DNA from: an uncultured Leptospirales bacterium
Lineage (GTDB): Bacteria; Spirochaetota; UBA4802; UBA5550
Length of the DNA stretch: 64,000 nt
Direction of reading: 5' to 3'
Assembly: GCA_964529415.1 (NCBI GenBank)
Contig: CAZGWD010000003.1
Location: 194,341 to 258,340 of the forward strand
Positions 36,599 to 45,615 of this stretch are shown here, in pieces. The notes beneath the pieces were generated by a model. It was not told where the DNA came from and did no database searches. It was given only the letters and a program-made list of their open reading frames with translations. The translations under genes and the position numbers were made by a program. Every line of letters starts with the position of its first letter. Position 1 is the stretch's first letter.

Positions 36599-38239
36599 AT
36601 GACTCATTTTGTGAATAAAACAATAGGCATGATACTCAGGGATACTGCTGCAAAATTTCCCGGCCACGAAGCACTCATCCATCCGGAATCTGGAATAAGA
36701 CAAAATTACAGCAGCTTTTATAAAAGCTGCAGGAGCACCGCCAAAGGCTTCATGGCCCTGGGCATCAAAAAAGGCGATAATGTTTCGGTATGGACCACCA
36801 ATGTGCCGGAGTGGGTATATATGCAATTTGGCCTGGGAATGATAGGCGCAGTTCTCGTTACAGTAAATACCAGCTATCGTACGCATGAGGTCGAATATCT
36901 TCTCACGCAATCCGATTCCACCACGCTCGTAATCATTGAATCCTGCCGCGATTCTAATTTTTATGAAACAATACGGGAAATAATCCCCGGAATTGATAAT
37001 TTCAAACCAGGCGGAATTTTATCTGAAAAACTTCCTGAAATGAAAAATATTATTTATATTGGAAACAGGGAAAGCACGCCTGGAATGTTCAGCTACAGAG
37101 ATATTATAGCGCTTGGTGAAAAAATTACAGATCCTGAGCTCGATGCACGAGATTCCCAGAACAGCTCTAATGATACAATCAACATGCAGTACACATCCGG
37201 TACTACAGGCTTTCCCAAAGGAGTGATGCTCACTCATTACAACATAGTCAACAACGCGCGAATGGTTGGCGATGTTATGGGTTTATCAGACAAAGATAAA
37301 CTTCTCATACAGGTTCCCCTTTTCCATTGTTTCGGCTGCGTTATGAGCACTTTAAACAGCGTATATCACGGAACAGCAATGGTGGTTCTTGAAAGTTTTG
37401 ATCCGCTGAAAGCTCTCAAAGCAGTCAACGATGAAAAATGCACAGCAGTGAACGGTGTGCCGACCATGTTTATCGCCATGCTCGCGCATCCTGATTTTAA
37501 TAAGTATGATATGACATCACTGCGTACAGGCATAATGGCAGGTGCGCCATGCCCGGTTGATACCATGAATCAGGTGCGCACAAGGATGAACTGTTCCGAA
37601 ATCGTAATCGCATTCGGGCAGACAGAATCATCCCCGGTAATGACCATGACACGCAGAGATGATCCGGTTGAACTCAGAGTATCAACTGTTGGGAGACTCC
37701 TGCCTGATATCGAAGGAAAAATCATTGATCCTGAAACCTGCGAAGAGCTGTCGCCAGACACTCAGGGCGAAATTATCACAAGAAGCGAATGTGTCATGAA
37801 AGGCTACTATAAAATGGAAGAGTCAACTGCTAAAGCAATTGACAGTAACGGCTGGCTGCATACAGGTGACCTTGGTGTAATTGACAAAAGCGGATACTAC
37901 AAGGTTACTGGAAGAATAAAAGACATGATCATCCGTGGCGGAGAAAATATTTATCCGCGCGAAATTGAGGAATTTATGTTTAAAAATCCCAAGGTGTGCG
38001 ATGTTCAGGTGGTGGGAATTCCTGACACAAAATACGGGGAACAGGTACTTGCGGTAATTCAGCTCAAAACAGATAAATCTGCTACAGCTGAAGAAATGGT
38101 CGAATTCTGCAAAGGAAAAATTGCCAGGCATAAAATTCCGAAATACTGGGAATTCGTTAAGGAATTCCCCATGACTGCAAGCGGAAAGGTCCAGAAATTC
38201 AAACTGCGGGACATGTTCAAGAAAAAATATAAGGTTTAG
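36599..38239 (+). CDS. AMP-binding acyl-CoA synthetase (ACSF2/YngI-like)
   Basis: YTSGTTGFPKG, VPLFHCFG, FGQTES, WLHTGDLG, GRIKDMIIRGGENIYP, SGKVQK; GGAGG RBS. Confidence 0.92.
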   Translation: MTHFVNKTIGMILRDTAAKFPGHEALIHPESGIRQNYSSFYKSCRSTAKGFMALGIKKGDNVSVWTTNVPEWVYMQFGLGMIGAVLVTVNTSYRTHEVEYLLTQSDSTTLVIIESCRDSNFYETIREIIPGIDNFKPGGILSEKLPEMKNIIYIGNRESTPGMFSYRDIIALGEKITDPELDARDSQNSSNDTINMQYTSGTTGFPKGVMLTHYNIVNNARMVGDVMGLSDKDKLLIQVPLFHCFGCVMSTLNSVYHGTAMVVLESFDPLKALKAVNDEKCTAVNGVPTMFIAMLAHPDFNKYDMTSLRTGIMAGAPCPVDTMNQVRTRMNCSEIVIAFGQTESSPVMTMTRRDDPVELRVSTVGRLLPDIEGKIIDPETCEELSPDTQGEIITRSECVMKGYYKMEESTAKAIDSNGWLHTGDLGVIDKSGYYKVTGRIKDMIIRGGENIYPREIEEFMFKNPKVCDVQVVGIPDTKYGEQVLAVIQLKTDKSATAEEMVEFCKGKIARHKIPKYWEFVKEFPMTASGKVQKFKLRDMFKKKYKV

Positions 38240-38242
38240 GAA

Positions 38243-38410
38243 ATGGCTGGTTATTTTTTTGTATTTTGCAGTATTGCGGCATTATGCTTTTTAATTTATT
38301 CATTAACTCATTTAAATGAATTGAATATTAATGTATTTCACCCGCGAATTATTGTTGAACTTGTATTGTTTATTGTTTTTATGGTATCAGGTCTTTTATT
38401 GATAAATTAA
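38243..38410 (+). CDS. Small two-TM membrane protein (55 aa), unannotated
   Basis: MAGYFFVFCSIAALCFLIYSLTHLNELNINVFHPRIIVELVLFIVFMVSGLLLIN; fills the gap with 3 nt before and 5 nt after the neighbouring genes. Confidence 0.5.
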   Translation: MAGYFFVFCSIAALCFLIYSLTHLNELNINVFHPRIIVELVLFIVFMVSGLLLIN

Positions 38411-38415
38411 TCAAA

Positions 38416-39543
38416 ATGAAAAAAAAATTAAAATATATATTTATTATTTTATTCACTGTCTCCGCATTCGTTTATGCTGATTCGTTTTATCATGAAGTTG
38501 AATTTTACAGCGCTAAAATTATTAAACTTGAAAGAATTACAGAAACTTCTGAAGAAAAAGCTACAGATGAAACTGTTTTCACGCTTGAAATTTTATCTGG
38601 AGATAGAAAAGGCCAGAGAAAAACTGTAACTTACAAGGGGAAAGAGGATGTGCCGGGCTATGTACGATATACTGAAGGCAGCACAATATTTATCGGACTT
38701 AACAAAATTCATGCAAATAAAAAAACTGAGGAATATGTAGCACTTCACGATATAGACAATTCAAAAGGCCTTATAATTCTTGCATGCATTTTTATGGCTG
38801 CATTGATTGCCGTAGGCAGGCTGAAAGGCATGATTTCAATTCTCGGCCTTCTCATAACAGTGCTTCTGATTTTCTTTGTGCTTATACCATTGATTCTGAA
38901 AGGATTTCCGGTTCTACCTGTAGCTTTTATAATTGCACTGGCTTCAATTATTTTTACTATACCCACAATTACAGGATTTACAAAAAAATCTGTAACAGCA
39001 ATAATCGGAGCTGCATCCGGCATTGCAGTTTCAATGATTATGAGCCTGATATTCGGATGGCTTATGCATATTTCAGGTATTGTAACAGACGAATTGCTGA
39101 CAATTTTTTATGCTACTAACCTGAACATCAATCTCACAGATATTGCTCTTTCAGGAATGATTCTTTCAGCACTCGGAGCAGTCATTGATATATCAGTTTC
39201 AATATCATCGTCTATAAATGAATTGTTTGTTGTACATCCTGATGTGGATTTCAAAACAGCTTTTTCATCAGCCATGGAAGTCGGCAGGGACAATCTTGGT
39301 TCAATGGTGAACACGCTTGTTATGGCTTACGTTGGATGCTCACTTTCGCTAATTCTGCTGATTTATCTGCGCTTTGACTCGAAGATGCCTATTTCAATGA
39401 TCTTTTCATATAATCAGGTTTTAATCGAGATATTAAAATCTTTTGCAGGCTGCATGGGTATGATTGCTGCAGTACCTGTTACTGCAATTATCGGAGTAAA
39501 ACTTAATTTAAAAAAAATACCAATAAATATAACTGCAAAATGA
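38416..39543 (+). CDS. YibE/F family membrane protein
   Basis: N-terminal exported beta domain, then multi-TM with LGAVIDISVSISS, GRDNLGSMVNTLVMAYVG. Confidence 0.85.
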   Translation: MKKKLKYIFIILFTVSAFVYADSFYHEVEFYSAKIIKLERITETSEEKATDETVFTLEILSGDRKGQRKTVTYKGKEDVPGYVRYTEGSTIFIGLNKIHANKKTEEYVALHDIDNSKGLIILACIFMAALIAVGRLKGMISILGLLITVLLIFFVLIPLILKGFPVLPVAFIIALASIIFTIPTITGFTKKSVTAIIGAASGIAVSMIMSLIFGWLMHISGIVTDELLTIFYATNLNINLTDIALSGMILSALGAVIDISVSISSSINELFVVHPDVDFKTAFSSAMEVGRDNLGSMVNTLVMAYVGCSLSLILLIYLRFDSKMPISMIFSYNQVLIEILKSFAGCMGMIAAVPVTAIIGVKLNLKKIPINITAK

Positions 39544-40394
39544 AAAAAATTCCAATCTCATTAATTTCATTTTTTATAGGTATTTCAATTGTTTCTGCAG
39601 ATACAAAAAAGATAAATAATAAATATGTTTCCATAAGAAAAAAAACTCCATTCGTTTTAGTTCATGGCGCCTGGCATGGAGGCTGGTGCTGGAAAAAGTT
39701 AACTCCTCATCTAACCAGGGCAGGCAATACAGTTTATACCCCGACGCTTACAGGGCTTGGAGAACGCAGTCATCTTTTAAATGACAATATTAATCTTGAT
39801 ACACATATTCAGGATATTGTTTCAATGATTGAGTTCGAAAACTTAAATGATATCACACTCGTGGGACACAGCTACGCAGGATTTGTAATAGCAGGAGTTG
39901 CTGAAAAAGTTCCGGAGAGAATCTCAGCTATTGTATTTCTTGATGCGCTGATTCCGGATGACGGAAAAGCTGTGCTTGACTTTTTATCAGAATCAGCAAA
40001 AAACATATATTATGAAAGCATGAAAAATAATGATAAAAGCTGGAAACTGCTGTTCTCGCAAAAAGTTGATATTTCCGAGCTTGGCATTTTCAGCAAAAAA
40101 GATGCAGAATGGATTGAGTCCCGAATGACTGAGCAGCCGCATAATACCTATTCACAGAAAATCAGCATATCAGAATCAACTGCAAAATTAATAAATGAAA
40201 AAGGATTTTTTATTCTGACTTCAGACAGGCAGGATTTTATTGCTGAATACAAGAGAGCATCAGAACGCGGATTAAAATTATTTAAAATTGATGGAGCCGG
40301 CCATAACTCAATGATAACACAGCCGGAAAAACTGGCTTATATTTTATTGAATTTAAAAACTGCAAAAAAAGCTGCAGGAAAGATCAAGAATTAG
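39540..40394 (+). CDS. Alpha/beta hydrolase (methyl-esterase-like), probable signal peptide
   Basis: FVLVHGAWHGGWCW, PTLTGLGER, GHSYAG nucleophile, GAGHNSM. Confidence 0.9.
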   Translation: MKKIPISLISFFIGISIVSADTKKINNKYVSIRKKTPFVLVHGAWHGGWCWKKLTPHLTRAGNTVYTPTLTGLGERSHLLNDNINLDTHIQDIVSMIEFENLNDITLVGHSYAGFVIAGVAEKVPERISAIVFLDALIPDDGKAVLDFLSESAKNIYYESMKNNDKSWKLLFSQKVDISELGIFSKKDAEWIESRMTEQPHNTYSQKISISESTAKLINEKGFFILTSDRQDFIAEYKRASERGLKLFKIDGAGHNSMITQPEKLAYILLNLKTAKKAAGKIKN

Positions 40395-40410
40395 AAATTT
40401 ATACTTTTTT

Positions 40411-40437
40411 GTCATCCCCGTGAAAACGGGGATCCAG
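40411..40437 (+). repeat. GTCAT-type REP-like hairpin between convergent genes
   Basis: GTCATCCCCGTGAAAACGGGGATCCAG matches the widespread GTCATYCCCG-N-CGGGRATCCAG palindromic repeat form. Confidence 0.6.
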
Positions 40438-40531
40438 AATTCTGAAATGGATTTGCCATATGTTGCCGGTCATCACCATCTCAGAAATAACAATGAATTA
40501 ATTAATTGTTAACTGCTATTCAAAGAGCAAT

Positions 40532-41566
40532 TTATAATCCAATTAAAGCGAATCTGGAACAGTCGTCAAAAAGATAACCGCTTCCGATTAAATGCAAAAT
40601 AATGCCTTCAAGTGAATATACGAAATCTCTGGCATATCCCTTCCTGTATAAACCTGAATGCATGAGCATGATTTCACCGCTGTAATCTGCTCCGGATTTT
40701 TTATACAGCCATATATTGCCTCCATTAAAAATTGCCCTTTCAGAGAGACGCATATTAAGACCAGATTCAAAAAGCTCAACAAAAATCTCATTGCTCAGAT
40801 ACTGCCTGTCGCCAGGCTGTACCCAGTCAACTGCTGCGAGAGAAACATCAATATGCCTGTACCCGAGCTTAGCAGCTTCAGCAACCATCCACGGATTTGC
40901 TGTATGCTGAAGATACGGTGACCTCCATATCCGTGTAAGTTTTTTCCCTGAAATCTTCATGAAAATTTCTTCTGTTTTCAACAGTTCATTCCGCAATAAA
41001 TCAGCTGATGGATAAACCGGAAGGTGATTATATGTATGATTCCCAACAATATGCCCTTCCATTACAAGCGACCTGATCTGTAATGGATATTTTTCCATGA
41101 ACTTTCCTGTAGCGAAGAATGTACCTTTTATTCTGTACCGCGAAAGAATTTTCCGTATATGATCAAGATTACCGTCATCCTCACCGAGATCAAATGTTAA
41201 GAAAAAATTTTTAACTGCAGTTTCAGGGTGCCGCAGTATACTTAAATTTTCTTTCCCTGATGGCACAGTTCCGGATGTGCTGTTGATACTTGCTCCCCTG
41301 GATATAAGATAAACTGCAAGATCAGGATTTTTAATGAAAACTGCGTATCGCAGAGGGGTTACTCCAAAACTGTTCGCAGCGCTGATTTCTGCTCCCCAGA
41401 AAATCAATCTATTAATTTCTTCTGCATCCTGATTGATAACTGCATAGTGAAGACGGGTGTTCCGGAGCACATCCCTTTCTTTCACCCAACCGGGAGTGCA
41501 GGAGGATATCATGATTACAGAAAACAGCAATCCAGCTATTAAAAAAAATTTCACAGCATAATCCAT
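40532..41566 (-). CDS. Lipoprotein with ankyrin repeats and NodB-type polysaccharide deacetylase domain
   Basis: Lipobox MISSC; TRLHYAV and GVTPLRYAV ankyrin repeats; LTFDLG, TFFATG, GNHTYNH, RSPY, MLMH deacetylase motifs. Start may be 41566 or 41611. Confidence 0.8.
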   Translation of the reverse strand: MDYAVKFFLIAGLLFSVIMISSCTPGWVKERDVLRNTRLHYAVINQDAEEINRLIFWGAEISAANSFGVTPLRYAVFIKNPDLAVYLISRGASINSTSGTVPSGKENLSILRHPETAVKNFFLTFDLGEDDGNLDHIRKILSRYRIKGTFFATGKFMEKYPLQIRSLVMEGHIVGNHTYNHLPVYPSADLLRNELLKTEEIFMKISGKKLTRIWRSPYLQHTANPWMVAEAAKLGYRHIDVSLAAVDWVQPGDRQYLSNEIFVELFESGLNMRLSERAIFNGGNIWLYKKSGADYSGEIMLMHSGLYRKGYARDFVYSLEGIILHLIGSGYLFDDCSRFALIGL

Positions 41567-41696
41567 ATTTAAAATATAAAACTGCATTAAAAAATAACTG
41601 AAAAATTTCATCAGTTTAACTGACAGCGAAAACCGGATCAGAGAAATTACAGGTGATGAATAAAATATTTCTCAATGATTCCCCCTTTATTTAAAA

Positions 41697-42305
41697 TTAT
41701 TTTTCAATTCCTGCAATAACAATTTCAGACTGTTTTAATAAAGATTTCATTAAATCTTTCAGCGTCATATTTTCATCGGAAATGAATTTTAATACATGGA
41801 ACACAAGAAGACTATACAATGTCTGTACAGCTGATTCAATATTTATTTTCATATTTATACAACCGTCCTGTTTAAGCAGTTTCATTAATTCCATAAACTG
41901 GCTTGTATAAATTTCATCTACCTTCCATATATTCTGTATTATTACAGGATCGTGCGAAAATCCATTGCCTATGAATTCGCGCCAGATTGTTTTATTGTAT
42001 ACTGAAAAACTTTTTATATAAATATAAAAAAAACTATTTATAGTAGAAAGCAGATCAGAAGACCTGTTTTTTAATGCATTTTTAAAATCTGCTTCAAAAT
42101 CATTTGACCGGTCACCAATAATTGAAAGAAGCAGATCGCTTTTTGATTTGTAATAATTATAAAGCGTACCTACACCGATATATGACATATCTGCTATATC
42201 CTCCATCGATGTTTTTGAAAATCCTTTTGTCCCGAAAAGGGCAATTGCAGAATCCTGTATTCTGTCTTTTGTTTCCTTTTTTTTCTTTTCCCGGATGCCT
42301 GGCAC
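41697..42305 (-). CDS. TetR/AcrR family transcriptional regulator
   Basis: REKKKKET...GFSKTSMEDIA...GVGTLYNYYKSKSDL HTH. Confidence 0.92.
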   Translation of the reverse strand: MPGIREKKKKETKDRIQDSAIALFGTKGFSKTSMEDIADMSYIGVGTLYNYYKSKSDLLLSIIGDRSNDFEADFKNALKNRSSDLLSTINSFFYIYIKSFSVYNKTIWREFIGNGFSHDPVIIQNIWKVDEIYTSQFMELMKLLKQDGCINMKINIESAVQTLYSLLVFHVLKFISDENMTLKDLMKSLLKQSEIVIAGIEK

Positions 42306-42325
42306 TTGATTTTCCTTTAAAAAGA

Positions 42326-42763
42326 TTATTTGTTTTTACACAACGCGCATGCTTTATTGCCGCAACGCGTGCAGACAAAAAAATTAATTTCAACAGCAGC
42401 AGCAAGAAAGAACAGCCAGAAAATTCCAAGCAGAATTTTGTTATCCCAAAGCCATAATTGCGGAAACGATATCAGAATAAGCATGGGAATAAAGACTGCA
42501 ATATAGTCAGCCATTGTGTATTCGCTTTGCGTTCGATCAGGAATATATTTTGTAATATTCCCTACAAATACATGCCCGCATGAATCCAGACGGCACGGAC
42601 ATTTTGAACAGAAGGCATACCCTATTATAAATGGTGATGCTGCCAGTACACAGGTATATACCAAACCGTAAACCAGCGATTGAGAAATAACTGCATACAA
42701 GCAGATTATAAAAGCAGAAATTATTAACATTATACTGATAAATCCGTGAATTCTATCTTTCAT
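42326..42763 (-). CDS. Four-TM membrane protein with Cys clusters
   Basis: CSKCPC...CGH and CTRCGNKACALC motifs; GGAGG RBS. Confidence 0.75.
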   Translation of the reverse strand: MKDRIHGFISIMLIISAFIICLYAVISQSLVYGLVYTCVLAASPFIIGYAFCSKCPCRLDSCGHVFVGNITKYIPDRTQSEYTMADYIAVFIPMLILISFPQLWLWDNKILLGIFWLFFLAAAVEINFFVCTRCGNKACALCKNK

Positions 42764-42775
42764 ATTTCCTCCTTA

Positions 42776-42817
42776 AATTTATGAATATAATTCATAAATG
42801 AATTATATTCATAAATT
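42776..42817. promoter_or_regulatory. Double palindromic operator, probably for the downstream TetR
   Basis: Perfect 20-bp inverted repeat AATTTATGAATATAATTCAT-AA-ATGAATTATATTCATAAATT; each arm contains ATGAAT-N3-ATTCAT; lies between a minus-strand TTGACA (42817-42822) and the RBS. Confidence 0.75.
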
Positions 42818-42839
42818 GTCAAGCGGAAAATATAGATAT

Positions 42840-42875
42840 AAAAAAATGATGCCTTACGTTTATGCAAGGCATCAT
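42840..42875 (-). terminator. Intrinsic terminator after the MORN gene
   Basis: ATGATGCCTT-N10-AAGGCATCAT stem followed by a T-run on the minus strand. Confidence 0.75.
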
Positions 42876-42917
42876 CTGAATAAAATTTTATATATATTAA
42901 AACATATATCAAAAAAA

Positions 42918-43511
42918 TTATTTCACAAACTTGTCATTAACCCAGTTTCCCTTTTGTAAAACTTTTCCGTTTTTATCAGTCAGAATCCCCTGTCCGTCTT
43001 TTTTATCATGCTTAAACTGACCTTCGTATTTCTGGCCTGAAGGCATTGTTAAAACACCATGACCTTCCTTTTTATCATCTTTATATTGGCCTGCATATTT
43101 CTGCCCTGTAGGCCATGTGTATGTTCCCTCGCCATTGTATTTTCCGCCTTTAAAATCACCTGTATAAACCTGTCCGGATGGAAGAGTTAATGTTCCCTTT
43201 CCTTCTTTTTTATCATCAACATAAGATCCTGTATATTTCTGATTATTCGGCCATGTATATGTTCCATGTCCATGATGCTTTCCAGCTTTAAACTGGCCGT
43301 CGTATTTCTGTCCATTTGCAAGAGTAAGAACTCCCTGGCCTTCATATTTCCCGTTTTTCCATTGTCCTGTGTATGTCTGTCCTGAAGCCCATGTAAATGT
43401 TCCTGTACCGTTTTTGCAGTCACCTGAAATGCAGGAAGTTTTTTTCTGTGAATATGCGACAAAGACAGGAAGCATAAGAATTACTAATGACAAAGCAAAT
43501 ACTTTTTTCAT
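42918..43511 (-). CDS. Secreted MORN-repeat protein
   Basis: Signal peptide, CISGDCKNGTG, about six 23-aa YxGxWxxGKxxGxG repeats; start set at ATG 43511 (GGAG upstream), alternative 43523. Confidence 0.9.
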   Translation of the reverse strand: MKKVFALSLVILMLPVFVAYSQKKTSCISGDCKNGTGTFTWASGQTYTGQWKNGKYEGQGVLTLANGQKYDGQFKAGKHHGHGTYTWPNNQKYTGSYVDDKKEGKGTLTLPSGQVYTGDFKGGKYNGEGTYTWPTGQKYAGQYKDDKKEGHGVLTMPSGQKYEGQFKHDKKDGQGILTDKNGKVLQKGNWVNDKFVK

Positions 43512-43587
43512 AATTCTCTCCATTGGTTGATTATATAAAAAACTTATTATTTATAATATAAAAAAAATCAATAGAAGTCAATTGAAA

Positions 43588-44424
43588 TTACCACATTCTT
43601 TTTTTTGAATTCTTTTTAACTGTATTTACATATCTGTGCCAATAATCCTCAATTCCGCAGGCTACACTTCCATTTCCGCCCATCTCGCATTTTGTTGACT
43701 TGCCTCCGCACGCAATGCTTCCATCTCCGCCGGTTTTACAATCTGCTGCAAGACCTCCACAAGCTACACTTCCATTTCCGCCCATCTCACATTTTGTTGA
43801 TTTGCCTCCGCAGGCAACACTTCCGTCTCCGCCTTTTATACAATCTGCTGCAAGACCTCCACAAGCTACACTTCCATTTCCGCCCATCTCGCATTTTGTT
43901 GACTTGCCTCCGCACGCAATGCTTCCATCTCCGCCGGTTTTACAATCTGCTGCAAGACCTCCACAAGCTACACTTCCATTTCCGCCCATCTCACATTTTG
44001 TTGATTTGCCTCCGCAGGCAACACTTCCGTCTCCGCCTTTTATACAATCTGCTGCAAGACCTCCACAAGCTACACTTCCATTTCCGCCCATCTCGCATTT
44101 TGTTGACTTGCCTCCGCACGCAATGCTTCCATCTCCGCCGGTTTTACAATCTGCTGCAAGACCTCCACAAGCTACACTTCCATTTCCGCCCATCTCACAT
44201 TTTGATGATTTGCCTCCGCAGGCAACACTTCCATCTCCGCCAGTTTTACAGATTGATGATTCTCCGCTACAGGCTACACTTCCATTTCCGCCCATAATAC
44301 AATCAAAAGCTGATTCAGCATTAGCAATGTTCATTCTGAATTGATTATCATTTAATAAAATATTAAAAACAAATGCATAAGAACTAAAAACAGAAATCAT
44401 TACTAATAAAATTTTTTTCATCAA
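43588..44424 (-). CDS. Secreted Cys/Gly-rich tandem-repeat protein (13 x 17 aa)
   Basis: Signal-like N-terminus, GAGG RBS; alternating CEMGGNGSVACGGLAAD / C(KT|IK)GGDGS(I|V)ACGGKSTK units. Confidence 0.85.
   Translation of the reverse strand: MMKKILLVMISVFSSYAFVFNILLNDNQFRMNIANAESAFDCIMGGNGSVACSGESSICKTGGDGSVACGGKSSKCEMGGNGSVACGGLAADCKTGGDGSIACGGKSTKCEMGGNGSVACGGLAADCIKGGDGSVACGGKSTKCEMGGNGSVACGGLAADCKTGGDGSIACGGKSTKCEMGGNGSVACGGLAADCIKGGDGSVACGGKSTKCEMGGNGSVACGGLAADCKTGGDGSIACGGKSTKCEMGGNGSVACGIEDYWHRYVNTVKKNSKKRMW
43654..44301 (-). repeat. Coding tandem repeat: 51-bp unit, 102-bp dimer, 204-bp higher-order unit
   Basis: CATCTCGCATTTTGTTGACTTG recurs at 43681, 43885 and 44089 (204-bp period). 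Confidence 0.95.
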
Positions 44425-44436
44425 TTACCTCTACAT

Positions 44437-45381
44437 TTATTTATTTTGCTTTATAAATTCCATTACTACTTTATTAAATTCATCCGGATTATCCATATTG
44501 GCACAATGCCCTGCATTTTTAATAAGATAATAACTGCTTTTCGGATCAGATTCATGCCATTTCCTGCTTACCTGCTGAGCCAACTCTATATCCTTATCTC
44601 CGCATAAAATCAATAGAGGATATTCATGCTTAACATGATCTCTTTGTTTTATGACATCCCCTAACCCGGACATTGCCATAAAAGATTTTCTTGTGAAATG
44701 CCCGGCCATCTCGTAAAACCGCGCCTGTTCCTCCGGGCGGTAAACTGAAACAGAAGAAACATGTTTCCGGAATGAATTCATTGAAACCAAAGCTTTAAAT
44801 ATCCATTTAATGTTTTCAAAGCGCTGTGCTTTTGCTATATCCCTGTTGTCTGCATTTATATTGTATCCGCCTAAAAGTGTCATAGATAATACTTTCTTCG
44901 GATATTTTAAGGCATAATACTGGGCTATCAGAGCGCCCATTGAAACTCCAGCAAAATGAGCTTTATCCTTGCCTTCCAGTTTCATAATTGCATCAATATG
45001 TTCTATTGAAAAATCAATTTTTTCTTTTGCCTTATTTACCTCTGATAACCCATGCCCGAGCATGTCAATGGTTATGATTCGATAATTCTTTGAGAAAAAA
45101 TCTATCTGCTTATCAAAGCACCCGTGATCAGCAAAAGCCGGATGCAGAAACACCATCAATTCTTTTGATGCGTTTCCAGAAACATAATAATGGATTGAAT
45201 AACCATTCTGCTTTAATTCTTTATGCTCAATTGGACTTTTAATTTTAACAGGGTTAGCTTCTTTTGTTTTCATTTTATTTATCTCATTTTCAAAATTATA
45301 TACATCTATTTCCATTATAATAATCACTCCGGATATAAACGCGATAATGACTGACAATATTATCAATAATTTATTTTTCAT
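44437..45381 (-). CDS. Alpha/beta hydrolase with N-terminal TM anchor
   Basis: FLHPAF, DMLGHGLS, GVSMG nucleophile, GDKD, AGHCANMDNP. Confidence 0.88.
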   Translation of the reverse strand: MKNKLLIILSVIIAFISGVIIIMEIDVYNFENEINKMKTKEANPVKIKSPIEHKELKQNGYSIHYYVSGNASKELMVFLHPAFADHGCFDKQIDFFSKNYRIITIDMLGHGLSEVNKAKEKIDFSIEHIDAIMKLEGKDKAHFAGVSMGALIAQYYALKYPKKVLSMTLLGGYNINADNRDIAKAQRFENIKWIFKALVSMNSFRKHVSSVSVYRPEEQARFYEMAGHFTRKSFMAMSGLGDVIKQRDHVKHEYPLLILCGDKDIELAQQVSRKWHESDPKSSYYLIKNAGHCANMDNPDEFNKVVMEFIKQNK

Positions 45382-45615
45382 AATTTTTTCAACAATCCTC
45401 TTTAATATATTTAGTCATAATAATTTTAATTACTGGTAAAATTATTTCAACAACAAATTATAAGAACCTTAATTTACAGAAAAATGCATGTACTGATTTA
45501 TTACTTTTTCTGCCATTTTCCTATTGACTTATTATATTTATCCTAATAATAATTCTTTACATTTAAAATCCGAAGCTTTCATCAAAAGGACATCTTTTAT
45601 AAAAATGATATACTC

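Noticed and set aside
43692-44344. Two long plus-strand ORFs (201 and 214 aa) and a possible CRISPR-like array
   Set aside because: Stop-free antisense frames arise from the tandem repeat; the units are contiguous with no unique spacers, so this is not CRISPR.
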